64,000 bases of DNA, taken from positions 4,352,001-4,416,000 of the forward strand of contig OZ245006.1 of the NCBI GenBank assembly GCA_965223545.1, in the 5' to 3' direction. Position numbers and translations under genes: made by a program. Below are positions 27,910-35,466 of this stretch, piece after piece (within the stretch, counting starts at the first letter, position 1; each line of letters starts with the position of its first letter). The DNA is from Planctomycetota bacterium (GTDB taxonomy: Bacteria; Planctomycetota; UBA1135; UBA2386). Under the pieces are notes generated by a model. The model was given only the letters and a program-made list of their open reading frames with translations. It did no database searches and was not told where the DNA came from.

Positions 27910-28485
27910 TCAGCCGCCGCGCCGGTCGGGTCCGCCCTTCTTGCCGCGCTCGCCGCCGCCGCGTCGGTCGGGCCCGCCCTTCTTGCCGCGCTCGCCGCCA
28001 CCGCGCCGGTCGGGTCCGCCCTTCTTGGCATCGCCGCCGCCGTCGCGTCGCTTGCTCTTCGGCCCCTTCTCGCCCTTGCCGTCGCGCTTGGCCTTGTCGC
28101 CGTCGCGCCGCTTGCCCTTGCCGCCCTTCTTGCCGTCGCCGTCACCGGCGAGCTCGGGGCGGTCTCGCAGCATCCGGGCCAGAGCCTTGCGCTCGTCGCC
28201 GTTGAGCTTGCCGTCGCCGTCCGCGTCGACCTTGGCGCGCAGCTCGGCTGCGGCCTTCGGGTGGTCCTTCTGGAACTTCTGCCAACGCTGCATGGCGTGG
28301 TCGCGTCCGCGGCCCTCCGCCTCGTCGCGCGCCTTCTTACCGTCGCGTGCCTTCTCTTTGGCCTCCTTGACGTCGACCTTGACCTTCTCGGACTTGCCCT
28401 TGACGTCGGGCTTGGCCTTCTCTTGAGCGGCCAGAGGAAGAGCCAGGGCGGCCGCGGCCACCACGATGGAGCTGATGATCTTCAT
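27910..28485 (-). CDS. Secreted, highly charged EF-hand protein with repetitive tail
   Basis: Signal peptide MKIISSIVVAAAALALPLAAQE; canonical EF loop DADGDGKLNGDE; K/G/D/R-rich tail. Confidence 0.75.
   Translation of the reverse strand: MKIISSIVVAAAALALPLAAQEKAKPDVKGKSEKVKVDVKEAKEKARDGKKARDEAEGRGRDHAMQRWQKFQKDHPKAAAELRAKVDADGDGKLNGDERKALARMLRDRPELAGDGDGKKGGKGKRRDGDKAKRDGKGEKGPKSKRRDGGGDAKKGGPDRRGGGERGKKGGPDRRGGGERGKKGGPDRRGG
27914..28027. repeat. Intragenic 42-bp tandem repeat (about 2.7 copies)
   Basis: Encodes KKGGPDRRGGGERG units on the minus strand, with synonymous differences between copies. Confidence 0.85.
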
Positions 28486-28654
28486 GACGAATTCCTTTCC
28501 GGATCGCGTTCCCGACCCGAGATCGAGATCGGGCCAGCATAGCCCTGTCTTGAGGCTAGTGTCTCGATTGCGGACCACCGTCCCGTGTTAGCCGTCGAAT
28601 TGGTGGATTGCCCGACAGTGGTCTACGGAGATCCGCCTCGCTATACCGGCGCCC

Positions 28655-30061
28655 TTGAAGCTGGTCGTCGTCATCGTCGTCGGGATGCGCCAAGCGGATC
28701 TCCAGCGCGCGCCCGCCATGGCGGCGCTCGCGGACCGGGGTTTCGGCGCCCGGCTCCGGCCCGTGTTCCCCGCCGTCACCTGCAGCGTGCAGGCGAGCTT
28801 CCTGACCGGTGCCCCGCCGCGCGACCACGGCATCGTCGCCAACGGCTGGTACTTTCGCGACCTCGCGCAGGTGTGGCTCTGGCGGCAGTCGAACCACCTC
28901 GTCCAGGGCATCAAGCTGTACGAGGAGGCGCGCCGCGCGGACCCTGCCTTCACCTGCGCCAAGCTGTTCTGGTGGTGGAACATGTATGCGGACGTGGACT
29001 GGAGCGTGACGCCGCGCCCCGAGTACCACGCCGACGGACTGAAGCGCCCCGGGATCTACACGCATCCGGCGGAGCTCGGTCCACGGCTGCAGGCGCAGCT
29101 CGGTGACTTTCCGCTGTTCGAGTTCTGGGGTCCGGCGGCTGGCATCGCGTCGACGCGGTGGATCGTCGACAGCGCGCTCGCGGTGCAGGCCGAGCACGAC
29201 CCGGCGCTGACCCTGGTGTATCTGCCACACCTCGACTACGACCACCAGCGCTACGGACCCGACGACCCGCGCAGCCACGCGCAGGTGCCGGTCGTCGATC
29301 GCGAGGTACAGCGGCTGATCGACGCGGCCGGCGCCCGCGGCGCCGAGATCGCGGTGTTGTCCGAGTACGGGATCGAGGCGGCGCACACACCGGTGATGAT
29401 CAACCGTCACCTGGCCGGTTCCGGCTGGCTGGCGGTGCAGCGGACCGGCCACGGGCAGCTGTTGGACGCGGGCGCGAGCCGCGCGTTTGCCGTCGCCGAC
29501 CATCAGGTGGCGCACGTCTACGTGCGCGATCCGTCGGATCTCGGCGCGGTCGCCGCGTCGTTGCGGCGGCTGGACGGGGTCGAGCACGTGCTGGACCGAG
29601 AGGCACAGGCCGCTTGGCAGATCGATCACCCGCGCAGCGGCGAGCTGGTGTGCGTCGCCGCGCCGGGCTGCTGGTTCGCCTACCACTACTGGCTCGATGA
29701 CCGCGAGGCGCCGGACTTCGCCCGCACGGTCGACATCCACCGCAAGCCGGGCTACGACCCCACCGAGCTGTTCTTGGATCCCGGGCTGCGGCTACCCAAG
29801 GCCCGCATCGCCAAGACACTGCTGAAGAAGAAGCTCGGGTTTCGCTACCTGATGGACGTGATCGGCCTCGACCCGACGCTGGTGCGCGGTACGCACGGCC
29901 GGCTCTATGAGGACCCCGCCGCCGGCCCGGTGTTCCTGTCGTCGACCAAGGCGGGCGCCGCCGACGAGATCGACGCCGTCGACGTCCGGCAGTGGATTCT
30001 CGATGCGTTGCGCTCCCCTGGGCGCGCAACCAGCGCCGCCCGCCCGCCGCCGCCGAGCTGA
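28655..30061 (+). CDS. Alkaline phosphatase superfamily nucleotide pyrophosphatase (EboF-like)
   Basis: PAVTCSVQA, HGIVANGWYFR, WRQSN, LVYLPHLDY, SEYG, AVADHQVAHVY, PDFARTVDIHRKPGYDPTELF, VRGTHG. Confidence 0.85.
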   Translation: MKLVVVIVVGMRQADLQRAPAMAALADRGFGARLRPVFPAVTCSVQASFLTGAPPRDHGIVANGWYFRDLAQVWLWRQSNHLVQGIKLYEEARRADPAFTCAKLFWWWNMYADVDWSVTPRPEYHADGLKRPGIYTHPAELGPRLQAQLGDFPLFEFWGPAAGIASTRWIVDSALAVQAEHDPALTLVYLPHLDYDHQRYGPDDPRSHAQVPVVDREVQRLIDAAGARGAEIAVLSEYGIEAAHTPVMINRHLAGSGWLAVQRTGHGQLLDAGASRAFAVADHQVAHVYVRDPSDLGAVAASLRRLDGVEHVLDREAQAAWQIDHPRSGELVCVAAPGCWFAYHYWLDDREAPDFARTVDIHRKPGYDPTELFLDPGLRLPKARIAKTLLKKKLGFRYLMDVIGLDPTLVRGTHGRLYEDPAAGPVFLSSTKAGAADEIDAVDVRQWILDALRSPGRATSAARPPPPS

Positions 30062-30104
30062 GCGGCAGTTTGGCGGGTTTGCGCCGGCATGCGAAGATAC
30101 CGGT

Positions 30105-31058
30105 GTGCGTGGCTTCTCTTCCTGGTGGTCGGCGGTCGGGCCGGTGTTCGCGGTGCTCGCGGTTTCTTCCTGTGCGGACGCAGCTGCCGAGGCCGAGGCT
30201 GCGCGCGCCGCGGCGGCCGCCGCGCGAGCGGCGCAAGTCGAAGCGGAGGCCTCCGAGGGGCAAGAGCCGTCGGTGTTCACCCGGCACTCGGTCGACGGTG
30301 AGAACGGCAAGTTCGAGACCGCGATCACGACCTACGAGAACGACGACGGCGTCGAGGTGTCGCTGATCGCCGCCGTGCACATCGCCGACGGCGCGCACTA
30401 CCGCGAGCTGCAGAAGGAGTTCGAGGGCTACGACGCGTTGTTGTACGAGCTCGTTGCCGAAGCCGAAGATCGTCCCAAGCCCGGGGACGAGGTGCGTGGC
30501 GGCCCGATCGGCATGCTGCAGACGATGCTGAAGAACGGGCTCGAGCTCGAGTTCCAGCTCGACGCGATCGACTACTCGCCCGCCAACTTCGTGCACGCCG
30601 ATCTCACGCCGGAGGGCTTCTTGGAGGCGATGGACGAGCGCGGCGAGTCGTTCTTGACGATGTTCGCCAAGCTGGTGTTGCAGCAAATGGGCAGCATGCA
30701 GACCTCGTCCGAGGAGGCGGGAGTGGATCTGGCTGCGGCGTTTCGCGCTGGCTATGGCCGGCATGCGATGCGCATGGCGTTCGCCAGTCAGCTGGACGGG
30801 CTGGAAGCGATGGCGGCGGGCGGTGGCGTCGCCGGTGGCACGACGCTGCTCGAAGGGCGCAACGAGCGCGCGCTCGAGGTGCTGCGCGAGCAGATCGAGG
30901 CCGGCCGGCGCAAGCTGGGCATCTACTACGGCGCCGCCCACATGACCGGGATCGAGCAGGAGCTGGTCGAGTCGCTCGGCTTCCGCAAGGTCGGCGAGCG
31001 CTGGCTCTTGGCGTGGGACATCACCAAGCGGCCCGACCCCAAGCGCGGCAAGCGCTGA
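30105..31058 (+). CDS. Conserved hypothetical exported protein (possibly TraB/GumN-like)
   Basis: Lipoprotein-like signal (AVSSC); LIAAVHIAD..HY, LLYELV, FVHAD, LLEGRNERAL, IYYGAAHM. Start uncertain. Confidence 0.7.
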   Translation: MRGFSSWWSAVGPVFAVLAVSSCADAAAEAEAARAAAAAARAAQVEAEASEGQEPSVFTRHSVDGENGKFETAITTYENDDGVEVSLIAAVHIADGAHYRELQKEFEGYDALLYELVAEAEDRPKPGDEVRGGPIGMLQTMLKNGLELEFQLDAIDYSPANFVHADLTPEGFLEAMDERGESFLTMFAKLVLQQMGSMQTSSEEAGVDLAAAFRAGYGRHAMRMAFASQLDGLEAMAAGGGVAGGTTLLEGRNERALEVLREQIEAGRRKLGIYYGAAHMTGIEQELVESLGFRKVGERWLLAWDITKRPDPKRGKR

Positions 31059-31137
31059 TCCAACGTCGGGCTCGCTGCGTTCCACGGCGGGCAAGAGCGT
31101 TCCAGACTCAGGCCCTGATCGCCGCTCCACTGGTGGC

Positions 31138-31956
31138 ATGAGATCTGTCGAGTTCCGGCCCGCGCGGGCGGGCGCTGCCCACGAGGTGTCGGACTTGGTG
31201 CGCGCGTGTGGTCTGCCGTGGGGCGTGCCGCCGGCCTCCGTCGAGGGGTTCGTCACCGCATGGAGCGACGGAGCCCTGATCGGAGCCGCGGGTGTCGAAG
31301 ACCACGGCGCCGAGGGTCTGCTGCGATCGGTGGCCGTGGCGCCGGGGCACCGGGGTCGCGGCATCGCCGCGGCGCTCTGCGATCGAGCCGAGGCCATGGC
31401 GCGCGGCCGCGGCATCGGTCGGCTTTGGTTGCTGACCGCCACCGCGGGCGAGTTCTTCGCGCGCCGCGGCTACGCGGAGGTCGACCGGGAGGCAGCCCCC
31501 GCGGCATTGCGTGCGCACGAGCAGTGGCGCGGTGCCTGCCCCGCCGACGCGCGGTGCCTGCGCAAATCGCTGCGGCAAGCGGCGACGGTCTGGCCAGCCG
31601 ACCTGCTGCCGCTGCGGGCCGACGTCGACGGCGCCCGCTGCTGGCACCTCGCGCTCGAGCGCAGCAAGCTCTCCTACTACGAGGTCGAACCCCACACGCG
31701 ATTCGAGCGCCACGCCCACGATGGCGAGCAGATCACCACCGTGTTGAGCGGCACGCTGTACTTCGAGATCGAGCAGCGCGTGGTCGCCGTCGGCACGGGT
31801 GGCGCGATCGCGCTGCCGCCGGCGGTCGAGCACGCGGTGTTCACGCGCGCGTCGGCGGTGATCGCCTGCGATGCCTGGTCGATTCCCATTGCGGTGGAGG
31901 CCGCGTCGGATCCAGCGCGTAGAGGCGCCGAAACGCCGCCGGCGTCCGGCCCGTGA
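31138..31956 (+). CDS. GNAT N-acetyltransferase (ArsN2-like) fused to a cupin domain
   Basis: LLRSVAVAPGHRGRGIA, LWLLTATAGEFFARRGY, ACPADARCL; cupin FERHAHDGEQ...VLSG...VEHAV. Confidence 0.78.
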   Translation: MRSVEFRPARAGAAHEVSDLVRACGLPWGVPPASVEGFVTAWSDGALIGAAGVEDHGAEGLLRSVAVAPGHRGRGIAAALCDRAEAMARGRGIGRLWLLTATAGEFFARRGYAEVDREAAPAALRAHEQWRGACPADARCLRKSLRQAATVWPADLLPLRADVDGARCWHLALERSKLSYYEVEPHTRFERHAHDGEQITTVLSGTLYFEIEQRVVAVGTGGAIALPPAVEHAVFTRASAVIACDAWSIPIAVEAASDPARRGAETPPASGP

Positions 31957-32674
31957 CCCGCTTGAAGACGCGCCCGAAGTGACTCTGGTCGGCGAACCCG
32001 AGCTGCGCGGCGACGTCGGCCAAACCCGTGTCCCCGCTGCGCAACATCGCACAGGCGCGCGCGATCCGCAGCTGTTGGTGGTAGCGCGTCAGGCTGACGC
32101 CGAGGTGCCGGCGCGCGGCGCGTGCCAAGCGCGCGCCGGACACGCCCACTTCCGCCGCGAGGGTGGCAACGGACAACGGGTCGTCCAGCGCCGATTCGAG
32201 CTGCTCCAGCACGGCGCGCAGCCACGGCGGCGGTGCGCTCGGGGTCGGCGCCGCGGTGGCGCGGGCCAGCTCGCCGAACAGCTGCAGCGCGAGCCCCTCG
32301 GCGGCGAGCGCGGCACCCGGGTCGGTGCGCCGTAGCACGCCGGCCATGGCGAGGGCGATGCCCGGCAGCTCGCCCCCGCCGAAGCGGACGGCAGTGTCGA
32401 TCGGTGCGCGGTCCCGCCACACGCGCGCGATCCAGGCCGGCGAGGCCTCCACGGTGATGGCCCACCCGCCGTGGCCGCCGAAGCAACCACCGTGCAGGCT
32501 CTCGGGGGGCTGGTAGCGCGCGCTGCCCGCCGCCACCGGGTCACCGTCGCCCGGCCGATCGGCGTGCTCCCCGGCCAGCAAGACGCACAGCTGTCCCCCC
32601 CGGTGCCGGTGCTCCCGCAGCAACCCCGGCGGAAACCGGATCTCCTCGACGCACAAGTCCCCAGTGCACAGCAT
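31841..32674 (-). CDS. AraC-family transcriptional regulator
   Basis: N-terminal cupin (EHRH), PPPWL linker, double HTH ending LADVAAQLGFADQSHFGRVFKRVTGRTPAAFR. Confidence 0.9.
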   Translation of the reverse strand: MLCTGDLCVEEIRFPPGLLREHRHRGGQLCVLLAGEHADRPGDGDPVAAGSARYQPPESLHGGCFGGHGGWAITVEASPAWIARVWRDRAPIDTAVRFGGGELPGIALAMAGVLRRTDPGAALAAEGLALQLFGELARATAAPTPSAPPPWLRAVLEQLESALDDPLSVATLAAEVGVSGARLARAARRHLGVSLTRYHQQLRIARACAMLRSGDTGLADVAAQLGFADQSHFGRVFKRVTGRTPAAFRRLYALDPTRPPPQWESTRHRRRSPPTRA

Positions 32675-32679
32675 GGAAC

Positions 32680-32706
32680 GTACGGTGTCAGACTCGATTT
32701 TCTCGC
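32680..32706 (+). repeat. REP-like element copy 5
   Basis: GTACGGTGTCAGACTCGATTTTCTCGC: 24/27 identical to copies 1 and 2, with all three differences in the hairpin region. Confidence 0.85.
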
Positions 32707-32848
32707 CACAGCGGCGCCCGCAAGAGCCTACCCACTTCCGCGGATTTCGCGCCGCCCACCCAGGGCTTCCGCGACAACCAGGGGTCCGGCCCGTGCCCCC
32801 GCGCGCCGGGGTCAGGCGGTATCCTCAAGTCGTCCGCCGCTGTTCGCC

Positions 32849-35428
32849 GTGCGCCCGCCACAATCGCTCTTTCCGCCGCTCGCCGCCGCGATGCTCGCCT
32901 TCTCATCGGCATTGGCCGGTCAGGGGCCTTCGTTCGACGACCGCCGGCCGCGGCTTCCCGGTCGGGTCGGGCCGGGCGGTGGCGCGGTGCTCGCCGACCT
33001 CGACGGGGACCGGGATTTGGACCTGGCGCGGCTCACGCCGGCGGGGGTCGACGTGCTGCTGCAGCAGCCCTGGGGGGCGTTCGAACGCGCGCCAGGCGCG
33101 CCGCTCGGCTTGCGTCTTGCCGCCGGGTCGATCCCGGTGTCGATCGGGGCGGGAGCGCTGCGGCAGGGGGCGCCGGGCCCGGACCTGGTGGTCGGCGTGT
33201 CCGGCAGCGACAGTCTGTGGCTCCGCAACCTCGGCGGCGGGCAGTTCGCGCTGGCCCCGGCTTCGCCGTTTCCGCGGCCGGTCGGGTTCACGGGGGCGAC
33301 CGCGCAGGTCGTGATCGCCGACCTCGACGCGCGCGGCGGTGATGACGTGCTCGTACTGCACGACGGCGCGGCGCCGCAGCTGTTCGTCCAGCAACTCACC
33401 GGCGGCTTCGCGCAGGCGGCGGGTGCGTTCCCGGCGGCCCTGATCCCCCAGTCACCGCAGGTGGCCGCCGACGACTTCAATGGGGATGGCCGGCTGGACC
33501 TGGTCTTGATCCAGCGGGCGACGGTGCTGCCGCCGGTCCTGCTGTTGAATAACGCGCGCGGCGGCTTCACCCCGGACGCGCGGGCGTTCGCCGGCTGGCC
33601 CGCCGGTTACGCGGCCGGTCACGTCCGGGCTGGTGCGATCGACACCGACGGGGTGCCCGACGTGGTGTTCGCCGCCGCCGGCGGTGGCCGGCTGGTAGCG
33701 CTGCGCTTCGTGCGGACCACCGGAGCCTTCGCTTCGGGTCCGTCGGCGCAGTTCGCGGTGCCGGTGTTGGTCGATCTGCGCATCGGCGACTTCGATGGCG
33801 ACGGGGCGGGCGACCTCGTTATCCTCGAGCGCGGTGGTGCCGTGCTGCTGGCGCGCCAACGCGCCGGGGCGTGGCCGGCGACGCGGGCGGTGCTCAGCGC
33901 GGCACCGCGCCGCGCGCTGCTGGTCGACGACCTCGATCGCGACGGCGACGCCGACCTCTACGTGCACGGCGCCTCTACCGAAGACCGACTGCTGCTCGGC
34001 GACAACACCGGTGCCCTGCTCGATACCGAAGAGAACAGCGTGCCGCTCGGCACCCTGCCGGCCCCACAGTGTCTCGCCGTCGTCGATGGCAGCGGCGAGG
34101 GCGACCCCGATCTGGTCGGCTACCGGCGGGACGGCATCGCCCTGGCCTACCTCAACGACGGCGCGGCGCGGTTCCGGGTGACCGGCGGGATGTTGCCGGA
34201 CTTGCCGGGCGCGGTCGTGCGCGATGTCGTGCGCGCGCGGGTCAGCGGCGCGGCCGGTGGCGACTTGCTGCTGCTGTCGACCCCTCCCGGCGGCGGCTTG
34301 CTGACCGGCGTGCGCGTGCTCGCCAACACCGGGGCGGGGTTCCGCGACGAAACCGCGCTCCGCTGGCCGGCCCCGACGGCGCGGAGCTACGAGGAGATCG
34401 CGGTCGCCGAAGTGCAGCCGCGATCGGGAGGACAGAGCGGCGCGGACGATGTCGTCTTGCTCGACAGCGCTGGATTGCTGCATCGCTTCGTCAACACGCA
34501 AGGTACCTATTCCGAGCTCGCGAGCGCGTTCGCCGGCATGGTCCCGATCACCGGCGGCGTCGGCGTCTTGCTCGGCGATCTCAACAACGACGGGTGGACC
34601 GACGTCATCGTGCCGCGGCAGGCGGGGGCTCCCGCGGTCTTTCTGGGCAACGCGTTCGGCAGTCATCGCCCCGTGGCGCAGCCGATCGCCGGCACCTTCC
34701 CGGCGCGGTCGGCGGTGCTCGCCGATTTGGACGGTGACCGCCTCTTGGACCTCGCACTGTTGTCGCCACCCGCGCTCGGCCTGCTGTTCCTGCTGCGGGG
34801 GACCGGCAACGGCGCCTTCATCGACGTCTCGGCCCTGGGGCCCGCGCCCCTGCCGTTGCGGCCCAGCTGTCTCGCCCTGATCGCCGGCCGCGGCGCGACG
34901 CCGGACCTGGCCGTCGGCTCCGACACCGCGGTGGACCGTGTCTACCACCGCAGCTCCGGCCGCTGGGTGGCCGGGCCGCTGCCGCCGCGGGGCGCCGTCG
35001 GCACCGCGCGCTTGATCGCGGCCGATCTCGACCTCGACGGTGACGAAGACCTGCTCGGCCTGCGGGACGCGCACCATCCGCGGCTCTGGTTCCACCAACA
35101 GATGCAGCTCACCCAGCACGGTCCGACCCAGCTGGGCAGGCCGTTGCACCTCTCGCTCCGCGCCCCGACGCCTGGCGTCGGCATCTTTCTGCTGGGGGTG
35201 GGTGGGCGGTTGGCGCTGCCCGGCTACGGCATCCTGCGGCTCAGCCCGTTCGGCCTGGTCGAGCTCGCGCGCGCCCCGCTCGGGCCGACCGGCGAATTCG
35301 CGATCAGCGTGCCCACCTCGCCGGCGTTCCCCGCCACCACGATCGCATGCCAGGCCGTGTGGGCCGACCTGCTCGCCGGCCGCGCGCGGCTCGGCAACCT
35401 CGAGCAAGTGCGACTGGTGCGCTATTGA
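32849..35428 (+). CDS. Secreted FG-GAP/VCBS repeat protein
   Basis: Many DxDGDGxxD repeats (ADLDGDRDLD, DFNGDGRLD, DFDGDGAGD, DLNNDGWTD); signal-like N-terminus. Start uncertain. Confidence 0.85.
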   Translation: MRPPQSLFPPLAAAMLAFSSALAGQGPSFDDRRPRLPGRVGPGGGAVLADLDGDRDLDLARLTPAGVDVLLQQPWGAFERAPGAPLGLRLAAGSIPVSIGAGALRQGAPGPDLVVGVSGSDSLWLRNLGGGQFALAPASPFPRPVGFTGATAQVVIADLDARGGDDVLVLHDGAAPQLFVQQLTGGFAQAAGAFPAALIPQSPQVAADDFNGDGRLDLVLIQRATVLPPVLLLNNARGGFTPDARAFAGWPAGYAAGHVRAGAIDTDGVPDVVFAAAGGGRLVALRFVRTTGAFASGPSAQFAVPVLVDLRIGDFDGDGAGDLVILERGGAVLLARQRAGAWPATRAVLSAAPRRALLVDDLDRDGDADLYVHGASTEDRLLLGDNTGALLDTEENSVPLGTLPAPQCLAVVDGSGEGDPDLVGYRRDGIALAYLNDGAARFRVTGGMLPDLPGAVVRDVVRARVSGAAGGDLLLLSTPPGGGLLTGVRVLANTGAGFRDETALRWPAPTARSYEEIAVAEVQPRSGGQSGADDVVLLDSAGLLHRFVNTQGTYSELASAFAGMVPITGGVGVLLGDLNNDGWTDVIVPRQAGAPAVFLGNAFGSHRPVAQPIAGTFPARSAVLADLDGDRLLDLALLSPPALGLLFLLRGTGNGAFIDVSALGPAPLPLRPSCLALIAGRGATPDLAVGSDTAVDRVYHRSSGRWVAGPLPPRGAVGTARLIAADLDLDGDEDLLGLRDAHHPRLWFHQQMQLTQHGPTQLGRPLHLSLRAPTPGVGIFLLGVGGRLALPGYGILRLSPFGLVELARAPLGPTGEFAISVPTSPAFPATTIACQAVWADLLAGRARLGNLEQVRLVRY

Positions 35429-35466
35429 CGCGCTCAGCGCCCGCCGTCGAGTAGCGTAGCGCCGCG

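Noticed and set aside
27835..28542. Hydrophobic 235-aa plus-strand ORF resembling a membrane protein
   Set aside because: It is the antisense mirror of the K/D/G-rich EF-hand gene, which has a signal peptide and a canonical motif.
13383..32706. The repeat family read as a CRISPR array or as integron attC sites
   Set aside because: The copies are dispersed, with no regular 30-40 nt spacers and no cas genes; there are no RYYYAAC/GTTRRRY attC ends and no integrase.
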